Shown here: positions 47,069 to 56,595 of the stretch, piece by piece | Numbering within the stretch: position 1 is the first letter of the stretch | How the letters are laid out: each line of letters starts with the position of its first letter | From: Bacilli bacterium | Lineage (GTDB): Bacteria > Bacillota_I > Bacilli_A > RFN20 > CAG-449 | Direction: 5' to 3' | Assembly: GCA_900755065.1 (NCBI GenBank) | Contig: CAAEFC010000022.1 | Location: 17,449 to 81,448, forward strand | Length of the DNA stretch: 64,000 nucleotides | The notes under the pieces: generated by a model | Told to the model about the DNA's origin: nothing | Seen by the model: the letters and a program-made list of their open reading frames with translations, nothing else | Database searches by the model: none | Translations under genes and position numbers: made by a program

Positions 47069-47617
47069 CTTCGTTTCCTCGCGCATATCTAGATTAGCAT
47101 AGATGATCCGAAAAAGAAAGAAAAAGAAACAAATTCCGGTTAAGTTTCCGCCGGATATCATGGACGAATTTTAGCAGGTCGAATTCTCCGAAACCGCAAA
47201 AATGCAAATACCATGATCGCGTTTCCGTCAGAGGCATTTTATTTGCGTATCTCGCTTAGGTTACGATCAATTATTCGGTTTTGGCACTCCGTTCAAATAC
47301 GACCATTCTCCGGCGGTGCGACGGTAACGCTGAATCGCTATGCGCATTCGCTTTTCCCTTATAAGCGCACGATGATGAATAAACTGGGAAAGTCCCTCTC
47401 CTCGCCCGAATATCCGGCAACCGACTTCTGAGTCCTCTGCCTCCAACGGAGAGCGTTTTATTCCGGGATAAACAAACCCTTCGATGAAAGAGCAAACCGG
47501 GAAGAGAATGAACCGATTGTGAAAAAAAAGACCTTCCTTTGCCGACATATTTTGAAAATCGGAAAGATAAAGATATATTATTGAAGAAAAATTGCTTATA
47601 ATATTTTATTAGGAGGT

Positions 47618-48349
47618 TTGCCTATGATTTCAAAAAAGAGAATGAAACAGTTCAAGTGGATGGCCATCGCGGGTGCGTTAGTGAATATCGCGATCAATGT
47701 CTTATTCCTCGTGTACATCTGCATATCGATCGGAAGACTCGAAGAAGTTTTATCCACCAGTTTCTATTCGGACATTCACATTCAACTCTACCGTTGTTAT
47801 TATTTCCTCGCCAATTTCATCACCGTCGATCTGGTGTTTTCCCTTCTGATCATTTCGGCGAGTTTCCGAATCAACCAGATCTTCTACCGGCTTAAATGGG
47901 CGAATATTCTGACAACGATCTTTTCGATCGCTATCGTCGTTCTTCTCGCGGTCTTTTCCAACCGCTTTCAGGAAGCCGGAGGCCATTACGTCGTTTCGAT
48001 TCAAAGTTGGGTGATTTACGTTCTTCTCGGTATCGGTCTCGCCCTGATGTTAGCCGATGATGTGATTCTCTATTTCAAGTTCAAAAACAATCCGTTCTAT
48101 CATAACGGAAAATTCAGGAAAACCAACGCACGGAGCAATTATCGTTCCCGTCCGGAAGACGACGTGATCGACGTCAACGAAAAGCAAAACACCGTAAATC
48201 AGGAGAATCTGTCCTATTTTGAAATCTACGAAAAACGCAGTCAGGAACTCCGTGAAGTGGAAGACCTCTTAGATCAGGGAAAAATCAACGAAGCCGAATA
48301 TTCAAAAAGGCGCAAGGAAATCTACGAAAAATACGATCGTTACAATTGA
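47618..48349 (+). CDS. hypothetical polytopic membrane protein with C-terminal SHOCT-like motif
   Basis: SD AGGAGG, 4-5 TM segments, and a LLDQGKINEAEYSKRRKEIYEKY tail. Confidence 0.7.
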   Translation: MPMISKKRMKQFKWMAIAGALVNIAINVLFLVYICISIGRLEEVLSTSFYSDIHIQLYRCYYFLANFITVDLVFSLLIISASFRINQIFYRLKWANILTTIFSIAIVVLLAVFSNRFQEAGGHYVVSIQSWVIYVLLGIGLALMLADDVILYFKFKNNPFYHNGKFRKTNARSNYRSRPEDDVIDVNEKQNTVNQENLSYFEIYEKRSQELREVEDLLDQGKINEAEYSKRRKEIYEKYDRYN

Positions 48350-48354
48350 CGTTC

Positions 48355-48376
48355 AAGGAGGGAAACCTCCTTTTTT
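48355..48376. terminator. bidirectional terminator
   Basis: AAGGAGG-gaaa-CCTCCTT hairpin followed by T-run. Confidence 0.75.
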
Positions 48377-48382
48377 CATTAT

Positions 48383-49363
48383 TCAGGGTCTTTCGTTTTC
48401 GTAGCGGACCCATTCGGTTCTTACAAGCGGAAAAGAAATCAACTTCTTTTCGTCCAGGTCTTCGCGGAACAGATTCACCGCGGTGATCTGGTGATTGGAA
48501 TACGTGGTATAGTAGTAAATTCCCCTGTCCGCACTGCAACAGGAGGTGTACTCGGTCGTTTCGTAGAGGTCCCTTTCGGTCCTTGAACTTCCTCTGACTT
48601 GTTCCACCGAACCCAGCAGATGAAAAAACTGATTGACGCTTTCTTCTTCGCTTTTTCCGGAGACGGAATGGACTTTATGAAAAGCCGCGCGAATGAAACG
48701 CGACGACGAACTGCCGTCTCCTGGAAGTCCCAAAGCGCCCATGCCGTGGCTGTACGGTTTCAGATCGATTTGATCTGAAAAGCGATTTGACGGAGAAGCA
48801 TTCGTCAGCATCATGTAGTTGTTCAAAAGGAACATCTGTGTCGGAAAAGGCGGATTATTCGTGAGAATGCCGATCGGATTGTCGTGGATTTTGATTCCGT
48901 CTTTTTCGCATTCCACCGTAATCGCCCGGTTTTTATCGGCGATAATCCAGTGAAGTTCGGCGAGAGAAAATCCCTTGAACGTATGCGGCGTGAGATTGAT
49001 TCTTTTGAGCCACGATTCCGCCTCGTCCACCGAGGCGCATCTGCCCAGAAGGAACGGAATCAATTCAAACTGCGCCAGATTGACGAAGCCGTCTTTTTCC
49101 GGGAAATAAACGGCGTTTCCGACGAAATTCAATCCCGCGATGCAAAGGCCTTTTTCGTTCATCGCATCGTAGTAAAGGGGATACCGATCCTGAATGTGTG
49201 CCATGCCGATTATCGCGTAGTGTGTTTTCATTTCGCCCTGAAAGAGGAAGCGGAAAGGAAAATTTCTCGGTGCGATCGTCACTTCTTCTCCGTAGGTTTG
49301 ATCGCAATCCAACGTTCTGCCGAAGTAAAAATGTTTCGTCTTGTACGTCGCGGCCGTGCACAT
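48383..49363 (-). CDS. choloylglycine hydrolase family Ntn-hydrolase (bile salt hydrolase / penicillin V acylase type)
   Basis: N-terminal MCTA (nucleophile Cys2), FGRTLD, 326 aa. Substrate cannot be inferred from sequence alone. Confidence 0.8.
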   Translation of the reverse strand: MCTAATYKTKHFYFGRTLDCDQTYGEEVTIAPRNFPFRFLFQGEMKTHYAIIGMAHIQDRYPLYYDAMNEKGLCIAGLNFVGNAVYFPEKDGFVNLAQFELIPFLLGRCASVDEAESWLKRINLTPHTFKGFSLAELHWIIADKNRAITVECEKDGIKIHDNPIGILTNNPPFPTQMFLLNNYMMLTNASPSNRFSDQIDLKPYSHGMGALGLPGDGSSSSRFIRAAFHKVHSVSGKSEEESVNQFFHLLGSVEQVRGSSRTERDLYETTEYTSCCSADRGIYYYTTYSNHQITAVNLFREDLDEKKLISFPLVRTEWVRYENERP

Positions 49364-49446
49364 CGCTGTTCCTCCGTTTCAGCACTAGTATATGCAGGAA
49401 ACGGCGGCGCATGAAAAAAATCGGCGGGATTTCCCGTCGATTTCTC

Positions 49447-49770
49447 TTATTTTTCCCTTAAATCCAGTTCTCTTTTCAATTCCCGGATCACCGCGTCCAC
49501 TTCGTCTTTCAGAACGCCGTAATTGACGATCAAGGGGTCTTCGTCCCATTCTTTCTGCAAGGAAAGATACGTCTTTTTTTTCGCCTCGTAGGTTTCTTTC
49601 CCGAGCGACAGGGCGAGATCTTTTTTCGCCTGATTCAGGTCTTCTTCCATCTTTTTGATTTTTTCCGATCCTTCGATTTCCTCTTTGACCAGCAGGTATT
49701 GCCGGATCAGGGGATCGTTCTTGAATTCCTCGATGAACCGATCCAGATACGCTTGAAGTTCTTTATCCAT
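49447..49770 (-). CDS. ymcA: YmcA/YlbF-family protein (RicA-like)
   Basis: 107-aa helical Com_YlbF-type protein directly downstream of, and overlapping, miaB, as ymcA is in B. subtilis. Confidence 0.6.
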   Translation of the reverse strand: MDKELQAYLDRFIEEFKNDPLIRQYLLVKEEIEGSEKIKKMEEDLNQAKKDLALSLGKETYEAKKKTYLSLQKEWDEDPLIVNYGVLKDEVDAVIRELKRELDLREK

Positions 49771-51208
49771 CGGCTTCTTCTCCGATCAGCGAATAGGTGT
49801 GCGCTTCCCTGATCCGAACCGGAACGATCTTTCCGATATGCGCGGGATTCCCTTTGAAATTGACCAACTTCTGGGTGTCGGTGTAACCGGTCAGCATCGT
49901 TTCGTTTTTCTTGGACGCGCCTTCCACGAGAACGGGAACGGTCTTTCCGACATAGGCTTCGGCCTTTTCGGCGATGTCTTTCGCCAGCGCTTCGTTGAGT
50001 TCCTCCAAACGGCGGTGCTTGACTTCCGCGCTGACGTGGTCTTCCATCGTCGCGCCCGGAGTTCCTACCCGCGGCGAGTAGATGAAAGTAAAGGCCGCGT
50101 CATAGCCGACCCGATGCACGACGTCAAGCGTTTTTCGGAAATCTTCGTCCGATTCATTCGGAAAACCGACGATGATATCCGTCGAAATGGCGACTCCCGG
50201 CACCAGCGCGCGAAGTCGTCCGACTAAGTCGAGATAGTCTTTCGCGGTGTACCTTCGCCCCATTCTCCTGAGAACGTCGTCGCTTCCCGATTGCAAAGGA
50301 AGATGAATCGCCGGCATGATATTCGGGTATTTCCCGATCGCCTCGAACATGCCTTCGGTAAAATCCCAAGGGTGCGAAGTGGTGAAACGGAGGCGGGGAA
50401 TTCCCGTTTCCGCGACCTCTTTCAACAGCGTGGCGAAATCATAACCCAAATTCAGGTCTTTGCCGTAGGCATTGACGTTCTGCCCGAGCAGAGTGATCTC
50501 CTGATAGCCGGAAGAAACCAGCCGTCGGCACTCTTCGAGAATATCTTCTTTCAGGCGGCTTCTCTGCTTCCCCCGGGTATAAGGAACGATGCAGTACGTG
50601 CAGAACTTGTCGCAACCGTACATGATGTTGACGAAAGCCTTGATCCGGTCCTCGCGATGGCAGGGAATCCGCTCGATCACTTCGCCTTCCCGCGAAAAAA
50701 CCTCGATGATCCGACATTTCTTTTCCAGAGCGTTCAGGATCAACTGAGGCAGATGAACGATGTTGTGCGTGCCGAAAACGATGTCGACCTGCGGATAGGT
50801 TTTCCGGATCTTTTCGACGATGTGCGGCTGCTGAGCCATGCAACCGCAGACGAGAAGCAGGCGGTCTTCTTTCTCCGCCTTTCTTTTTTTCAAAGAGCCG
50901 ATTTCGCCGAATACCTTGTCTTCCGCGTTTTCGCGGATCGCGCAGGTATTGAGAATCACGACATCGGCTTCGGCCGGATCGGAAGCGCGTTCATAGCCGA
51001 TTTCCAGAAGAATCCCTTCCAGATTCTCCGAATCCAGCACGTTCGCCTGACACCCGTACGTCCGAATAAAATACGTTTTTCCGGAAGCGAGCATTTTCAG
51101 CCGGGTCGGAACGATCAGTTCTTCCCGGACGAATTCCGTCGGCTTTTTTCTTCTTCGGCTGGCTTCTTTCAGATCCGGCAATGCTTCGATGATAACTTCT
51201 TTGACCAT
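49763..51208 (-). CDS. miaB: tRNA-i6A37 methylthiotransferase
   Basis: UPF0004 domain TYGCQANVLDSE, radical-SAM CDKFCTYCIVP motif, and TRAM domain. Confidence 0.9.
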   Translation of the reverse strand: MVKEVIIEALPDLKEASRRRKKPTEFVREELIVPTRLKMLASGKTYFIRTYGCQANVLDSENLEGILLEIGYERASDPAEADVVILNTCAIRENAEDKVFGEIGSLKKRKAEKEDRLLLVCGCMAQQPHIVEKIRKTYPQVDIVFGTHNIVHLPQLILNALEKKCRIIEVFSREGEVIERIPCHREDRIKAFVNIMYGCDKFCTYCIVPYTRGKQRSRLKEDILEECRRLVSSGYQEITLLGQNVNAYGKDLNLGYDFATLLKEVAETGIPRLRFTTSHPWDFTEGMFEAIGKYPNIMPAIHLPLQSGSDDVLRRMGRRYTAKDYLDLVGRLRALVPGVAISTDIIVGFPNESDEDFRKTLDVVHRVGYDAAFTFIYSPRVGTPGATMEDHVSAEVKHRRLEELNEALAKDIAEKAEAYVGKTVPVLVEGASKKNETMLTGYTDTQKLVNFKGNPAHIGKIVPVRIREAHTYSLIGEEADG

Positions 51209-51240
51209 AGTGCTTCACCCATCCGGAGATGGCTTCCTTT

Positions 51241-51504
51241 CTATTTCTTTTCGATCCGCAACTTGATGGCCGTCTTCTCTTTTCCGTCGATGGTGATCTC
51301 CTTGAACGACGGCATGACGTAGATTTCGATGCCGCTTGGAGTGAGAAAGCCCCTGGCGATGGCGATGGCTTTGATCGCCTGGTTCAGTGAACCGGCTCCG
51401 ACGGTGGAAATCTCCAAAAAAGATTGATTGCGCATCAGATTGCTGATTGCCCCGGCAACGTTTGAGACATTGCTCGATGAGGCAACTTTGATTTGTTGTA
51501 ACAT
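51241..51504 (-). CDS. spoVS: stage V sporulation protein S
   Basis: 86-87 aa; LQQIKVASSSNVSNVAGAI......F.EI..VGAGSLNQAIKAIAIARGF is near-canonical SpoVS. Confidence 0.9.
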   Translation of the reverse strand: MLQQIKVASSSNVSNVAGAISNLMRNQSFLEISTVGAGSLNQAIKAIAIARGFLTPSGIEIYVMPSFKEITIDGKEKTAIKLRIEKK

Positions 51505-51549
51505 TTTTTCCGTTCTCCTTTAATCAAAAATATGATCCGGAAAAACGTT

Positions 51550-52347
51550 TTATAACTCCTCTTCTTCGATAATCTCGTACAGAGGTTCGATCGACAGGCA
51601 CTCGAAAGTCGCGTCGTCGAATTCGAGAACCACCGCAGAGAACAGACATTCGTCGTGGTCGATCATGTCGAAGTGAGAAGGTAATCCCGTCCACGTTCTC
51701 GTGATGACTTCTTCCTTGCGTGTTCCCAGAATCGAATTGTAAGGACCGCACATACCGACATCGGAAATGTACGCCGTTCCTTTTTCCAGAATGCGGTTGT
51801 CCCGGGTCTGCACATGCGTGTGCGTGCCTAACAAGGCAGAAATCTGTCCGTCGAAGGCATACGCCAGCGCATATTTTTCACCGGTCGCTTCGGCGTGAAA
51901 ATCGACGATGTGAAGATCGGATTTTCCTTCGTCTTCGATCAGAATCTTTTGAAGATCGTCGAAAGGATTTCCCACCTGCATCGCCATGAACGAACGCCCC
52001 ATCAGATTGGTCACCCGGATCCGGATTCCGTTCACGGTAAAGAGATTCGTTCCGATGCCCGGCACGGATTCATGCACGTTATAGGGTCTTAACAGGCAAT
52101 CGTAACGGTCGATAAAGTTGAAAATCTCCTTTTTTGAAGCGAAATGATTGCCCAGCGTCACCACGTCGATGCCGGCTTCGAGCAATTCTTTGAAATGCTC
52201 TTCGTTGAGGCCTTTCCCGTGCGTGGCGTTTTCTCCGTTGGCGATGATGAAATCGATCGGACGGCGACCGCTTAAATGGTTGATCATGTAAGAAGCGACG
52301 TCCCGTCCCAGTTTGCCCACGATATCGCCGATAAAAAGAATATTCAC
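51550..52347 (-). CDS. ymdB: YmdB-family metallophosphoesterase (TIGR00282)
   Basis: MNILFIGDIVG, GENATHGKG and DFHAEATGEK motifs. rny-ymdB-spoVS synteny. Confidence 0.9.
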   Translation of the reverse strand: MNILFIGDIVGKLGRDVASYMINHLSGRRPIDFIIANGENATHGKGLNEEHFKELLEAGIDVVTLGNHFASKKEIFNFIDRYDCLLRPYNVHESVPGIGTNLFTVNGIRIRVTNLMGRSFMAMQVGNPFDDLQKILIEDEGKSDLHIVDFHAEATGEKYALAYAFDGQISALLGTHTHVQTRDNRILEKGTAYISDVGMCGPYNSILGTRKEEVITRTWTGLPSHFDMIDHDECLFSAVVLEFDDATFECLSIEPLYEIIEEEEL

Positions 52348-52395
52348 TTGCTCACCTCCCGAAACGATGAAAGAGAGACCGAAGTCTCTCTCCGT

Positions 52396-54057
52396 TTATT
52401 TAGCGACTTCCGTCGCCCGTACTTCCCGCACGACAGAAACCTTGATCTGCCCCGGATAGGTCATTTCGTTTTCGATTCTGTCCTTGATGTCCCGGGCCAG
52501 TTTATATGCCTCGTGGTCGGAAATCTTTTCCGGAACGACCATGACGCGTACTTCCCGTCCGGACTGCATCGCGAACGAAGAAGACACGCCGTCGTAACTT
52601 TTGCAGATCGACTCCAACGCTTCGATCCGTTTGATATAGTTTTCCAACGTCTCGCTTCTTGCTCCCGGTCTCGCCGCGGAAAGCGTATCGGCCGCGGAAA
52701 CCAGATGCGAAATGATGTATTTGGCTTCGACGTCGCCGTGATGCGATTCGATGGCGTTGATGACCACGTCGTCCTCGCCGTATTTTTTCGCCAACCGCGC
52801 GCCGATTTCCACGTGGCTGCCTTCCAGTTCAAAGTCCGCGGCTTTGCCGATATCGTGTAATAATCCGGCGCGTTTCGCCTGATTCTGATCGAGTCCGAGT
52901 TCGCTCGCCATGATGCCCGAAAGATAAGCGACCTGAATCGAATGATCCAGAACGTTCTGACCGTAGGACGTCCGGTATTTCAGACGACCGACGTAATCCA
53001 GCAATTCCTTGTTGATCCGCGGCAGACCGAGTTTGAAAGCCGCGTTGATTCCCGCTTCGTGAACCGATTTCTGCACGTCGTTTTTCGCTTTTTCCACGAC
53101 TTCCTCGATTCTTCCCGGCTGAATTCTTCCGTCTTTGATCAGATATTCCAAAGCCAGTCTGGCCGTTTCTCTCCGGATCGGGTCGAAACAACTGACCGTG
53201 ATGACTTCCGGCGTATCGTCGATGATGATGTCGACGCCGAGCATCTGTTCCAGCGTGCGGATATTCCGTCCTTCCCGTCCGATGATTCTGCCTTTCATCT
53301 CGTCGTTAGGCAGACTGACGGACGAAACCGTTTTTTCGGAAATCACTTCCTGCGAATACTTGTCGATCGCCAGACCGATGATATTCTTCGCGATTCCCTC
53401 GGAGGTCTCCTTCGCCTCGTCTTCTTTCTGTTTCATGTAAGCAGCGATTTCCTGACTCATCTGATCCTCTACGCGTTTGAGGACCTCCTTTCGCGCTTCT
53501 TCGAGCGACAGTTGCGAAACTCTCGCCAGTTCGTCGTCGATTTCCTGATTGCGTTTTTCCAGAAGTCCGAATCGGTTCCGGATTTCTTCCTCTTTCTTTC
53601 GGAACGCTTCTTCCTGTTTGCTTTGACGGGCAAGCAGGGCTTCCTGTTTCTCTTCCAACGCGTTTTCTTTCGAGAGAAGCACATTGTCTCTCCGATCGAT
53701 GTTCTGCTCTCTCTGATTGAGCCGATTTTCCTGATTCGCCAGTTCGATCTTTCTCTCTTTGATTTCCTTTTCGGCGTCGATTTTTAAATCCGCCGCCTCT
53801 TTTTTTGCTTCTTCTTTGAGTTGTTTTGCTACATTCTGCCCTTTTTCTTCGGCGTCCGCCAAAATTTTTTTGGCCTTGTTTTCCGCCTGCTCAGTGATCG
53901 CGTCTGCGTCCTTATTGGCGTCTTCGACGATCCTTCGCGCTTTGGCGACCGACCCGTCGGTGTTCTTGCTGTTGTACCAGGAAACGATCAGATACGAAAC
54001 GCCTCCGCCGATGAGAAATAAAACAACGCAAAGAATAATCCATCCGTAATCCGGCAT
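52396..54057 (-). CDS. rny: ribonuclease Y
   Basis: N-terminal TM, long K/E-rich coiled coil, KH motif [12 protein letters not shown], and HD domain LLHDIGK. Confidence 0.93.
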   Translation of the reverse strand: MPDYGWIILCVVLFLIGGGVSYLIVSWYNSKNTDGSVAKARRIVEDANKDADAITEQAENKAKKILADAEEKGQNVAKQLKEEAKKEAADLKIDAEKEIKERKIELANQENRLNQREQNIDRRDNVLLSKENALEEKQEALLARQSKQEEAFRKKEEEIRNRFGLLEKRNQEIDDELARVSQLSLEEARKEVLKRVEDQMSQEIAAYMKQKEDEAKETSEGIAKNIIGLAIDKYSQEVISEKTVSSVSLPNDEMKGRIIGREGRNIRTLEQMLGVDIIIDDTPEVITVSCFDPIRRETARLALEYLIKDGRIQPGRIEEVVEKAKNDVQKSVHEAGINAAFKLGLPRINKELLDYVGRLKYRTSYGQNVLDHSIQVAYLSGIMASELGLDQNQAKRAGLLHDIGKAADFELEGSHVEIGARLAKKYGEDDVVINAIESHHGDVEAKYIISHLVSAADTLSAARPGARSETLENYIKRIEALESICKSYDGVSSSFAMQSGREVRVMVVPEKISDHEAYKLARDIKDRIENEMTYPGQIKVSVVREVRATEVAK

Positions 54058-54270
54058 ACATTATCCTCCTTATGCTCAGTCTATATTTTAAAACTTCGCG
54101 ACTGAAAGCGAAGCGAACAAATCGTATAGCCTTATGAAATATCCATTTTGCGCGAACGGTCAGGAATCCGTCCGGCCAAATATCGTAAAAGACCTTGTAG
54201 TTTGATCTACATTTTTTATTATAGCAAAGATACGAAACAATAAAAACTGTTTTTTTTATTTTATTGCGTC

Positions 54271-54297
54271 AGTAAGCGTTCATCAGGAAGGTATCCG
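54271..54297. repeat. left copy of a 27-bp direct repeat (orphan copy of the TPR gene 3' end)
   Basis: AGTAAGCGTTCATCAGGAAGGTATCCG, 26/27 identical to 54716-54742. On the minus strand it encodes DTFLMNAY followed by TGA. Confidence 0.85.
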
Positions 54298-54343
54298 TTT
54301 TTTCGCTTCGCAGAGAATTCTTTATTTTTTATTCTTTTATTTC

Positions 54344-54556
54344 CTAGTGTCCTGATTTAGATGAACCAACGAATATTATTTTTCCATATTCTTGAATAAT
54401 TCTTTGAACGGTTTTTACTGATTTTCCAATTTCTAAAGCCATTTCTTTTAAAGTTGTATTTTCATTTTCTCTAATCAAATTAATTATCCTGTCCAAGTCA
54501 CTTTTTTGGTGGACATTTTGATGGACATTTTGGTGGACATTTGAGGTATCACTCAT
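54344..54556 (-). pseudogene. C-terminal winged-HTH fragment of an AlbA_2/RecG-like putative transcriptional regulator family
   Basis: IINLIRENENTTLKEMALEIGKSVKTVQRIIQEYGKIIFVGSSKSGH. It stops at TAG where the family normally continues with W-E-I (the codons after the stop read E-I-K-E). There is no SD, and NVHQ x3 forms a linker. Confidence 0.5.
54508..54543. repeat. 12-nt tandem repeat x3
   Basis: GGTGGACATTTT / GATGGACATTTT / GGTGGACATTTG, encoding (NVHQ)3 on the minus strand. Confidence 0.85.
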
Positions 54557-54713
54557 ACTTTTTAAAATCTTTTTATTATATGGAATTCGAATATTATAAT
54601 GATGATTAAAGAAAATGATTTAACTTCCAGCGAGGTTGCTAAACCATTTAAAGACTATAAATTATCCATGTTAAATGATATTTGTTTACTCGAAATTACG
54701 CAAATTAATTTCT

Positions 54714-56537
54714 TTAGTAGGCGTTCATCAGGAAGGTATCCGGGTGGTTCTTGTAATATTTCTTTTCGCGCCGGCCGGCGTTTTTCAGCGCCTTTTTAAA
54801 AAGAATCCGATGCGAAGAAACGTCTTTTCCGAGCGCTTTCCCCACTTTGATGATCGTAAACAGCCGGGAAAGCGAATATCTTCTTTCCCGATTCTTTACC
54901 AGAAAATCGAAAACCGTTTCCAGATCCCGGTTCAGTTCCAGCGCGCATTCCGCGTAGACGTTGCCGAGATTTTCGCTGACGTCGGAAAAGTTTTCCTCGA
55001 TGGTTTTCTTTGCCAGATCGAAAGCCGCTTCGGTGTTTTTCTCGGTGCCGATTCCCCGCCATAACGCATTGCAGAGACAGCCGATGCTGCATGTGCAGGC
55101 GTCGATTCCGTTTTGGTAGCGCGCCGCTCCCCTCTGAAAGAACGTCAAGGCCTTCGCCGGATCCTCTTCCTGCACGATCGTTCCGATCAGACTGTCCAGG
55201 CAGTTGAATTCCGGCTCGCTTTCGGCGATTTTCAGATATTTCCTCACTTTGCGCATCGAAAGCCGATATCCGTAGTCGCCGAAATAGTACGCGCGAAGCA
55301 AAGCAAAACAATCGTCCTTCTTCCGCAGGTATTTCCGATAGTACTTATACGAATCCCGCGTTCTCTTTGCGCAGGCGTAGATTTCGTCGTGGAAATTCGA
55401 TTTATCGATTCCGCTTTTGTTGGACAGGTCAATCTCTTTCATCGCCCGGTCGTACTCGCCGTTCTTCCGGTAATACTTGACTTTCAACTGATGAATATAC
55501 GGATCTTCCGGAAAGGCCTTTTCCAGTTCGTCGAGATACTTTTTAAATTCTTCCGGACTTCCCGCTTCGTAAAGGACGTCGCAGGCCGACTTCAAAGAAT
55601 TGGCGTCTTTTCTCAGCGCGTACGCTTTCAGATAATACGGAATCGCCCGGGCAAAATCCTGCTTATATCCTTTGTAGTAATAGGATTCGCCGATCAGATA
55701 ATTCGCGTCGGCGTTTGTTTCGATGTTTTCTTTTTCGAGAATCTTCACGGCTTCGTCGTACTTTTTCATCAGAATATGGCAAATGGCGATCCGCCGGGTC
55801 AGAGGATAAGGGTCTTCGCTCATCTCGCGGATCATTTTCAGACAGCGGATGCATCTTTCGTAGTCGCCTCTGTCGTAATACAGGTCCGACATTTCCACAA
55901 GCGCGTCGAACCGGTATCCGCCTTCCAGCACCCGTTCGAGAATTTCTTCGGAAGGGTGATCGTAGTTCTTCCGGATCTCGATCTGAAAAGCGAAAAAATC
56001 GATCGGATCGTGTCGAGGATAAGTCAGAGACAGTTTACGAACCAGACTCTCTCCTTTTTCAAAAAGACCGGTATCCGCGTAAAACTCGATCAGAAAACGA
56101 TAGGCCAGATCTTTCAGATCGAAGGAAAGATTCTCTTCTTCCAATGCCTGTTCGACGTACTCCTCCACCTCCGAAGAAGTGTCTTTTTCGACATAGTACA
56201 ACCCTTTCGCATAGGAAAGATAAACGAAATAGCCTCCGACGTCTTCCCTGAGTGCTTTCGACGCATAGGTATACGCGTGTTCGTAGTCTTCGTTTTCCAG
56301 GCAAAGAGACAATAACGGCGAATAAACCGCTTCGCGGATTTCCCGTTCCGAACAACGCGCCAGCGTTTCAAAATTCCGAAACAGTTGTTTCGCGTCCGCG
56401 TCGCGATGATATTCGATGTCGATCATCGCCACGTAATACAGTGCATAGATATTCTTTTCTTCTTCATAAATCTTTTTAAATCCGGAATAGGCTTCTTCCA
56501 CGTTTCCTTCTTCCAGCATTCTGACAAATTTTTCCAT
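54714..56537 (-). CDS. TPR/Sel1-like repeat protein (607 aa)
   Basis: Repeated about 34-40-aa helical units rich in Y/A/L (e.g. ANYLIGESYYYKGYKQDFARAIPYYLKA) and a Sel1-like GIGTEKNTEAAFDLAKK. Confidence 0.7.
   Translation of the reverse strand: MEKFVRMLEEGNVEEAYSGFKKIYEEEKNIYALYYVAMIDIEYHRDADAKQLFRNFETLARCSEREIREAVYSPLLSLCLENEDYEHAYTYASKALREDVGGYFVYLSYAKGLYYVEKDTSSEVEEYVEQALEEENLSFDLKDLAYRFLIEFYADTGLFEKGESLVRKLSLTYPRHDPIDFFAFQIEIRKNYDHPSEEILERVLEGGYRFDALVEMSDLYYDRGDYERCIRCLKMIREMSEDPYPLTRRIAICHILMKKYDEAVKILEKENIETNADANYLIGESYYYKGYKQDFARAIPYYLKAYALRKDANSLKSACDVLYEAGSPEEFKKYLDELEKAFPEDPYIHQLKVKYYRKNGEYDRAMKEIDLSNKSGIDKSNFHDEIYACAKRTRDSYKYYRKYLRKKDDCFALLRAYYFGDYGYRLSMRKVRKYLKIAESEPEFNCLDSLIGTIVQEEDPAKALTFFQRGAARYQNGIDACTCSIGCLCNALWRGIGTEKNTEAAFDLAKKTIEENFSDVSENLGNVYAECALELNRDLETVFDFLVKNRERRYSLSRLFTIIKVGKALGKDVSSHRILFKKALKNAGRREKKYYKNHPDTFLMNAY
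54716..54742. repeat. right copy of the 27-bp direct repeat (functional 3' end of the TPR gene)
   Basis: AGTAGGCGTTCATCAGGAAGGTATCCG, the last 8 codons of ORF 54714-56537. The TAA stop overlaps the repeat's left edge (54714-54716). Confidence 0.85.
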
Positions 56538-56595
56538 CGTATCGTCCTTTTCTTTTCCTATTTTAAGAGAATCAAAAGCAAATGTATAATAAAAA

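Larger units (their letters stand above)
54298..54715. mobile_element. AT-rich insert bounded by the direct repeats; probable remnant of an integrated element
   Basis: Sharp drop in G+C relative to both flanks (by eye), only gene fragments inside, and bounded by a duplicated gene end. Confidence 0.5.

Noticed and set aside
47320-47430. Possible c-di-AMP (ydaO-type) riboswitch next to cdaA, suggested by CGCTGAATC and CCCGAATATCCGGCAACC strings.
   Set aside because: The highly conserved ydaO elements are absent: ACGGGGA / GGGGTGAATC and especially CCGnCAGCTAACC. The resemblance is limited to short strings. It needs a covariance-model search before any claim.
54508-54543. Short tandem repeat, considered as a CRISPR-like or minisatellite feature.
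   Set aside because: It has only three contiguous 12-nt units with no spacers. It lies inside a coding fragment and encodes a tetrapeptide repeat, so it is not a CRISPR array.
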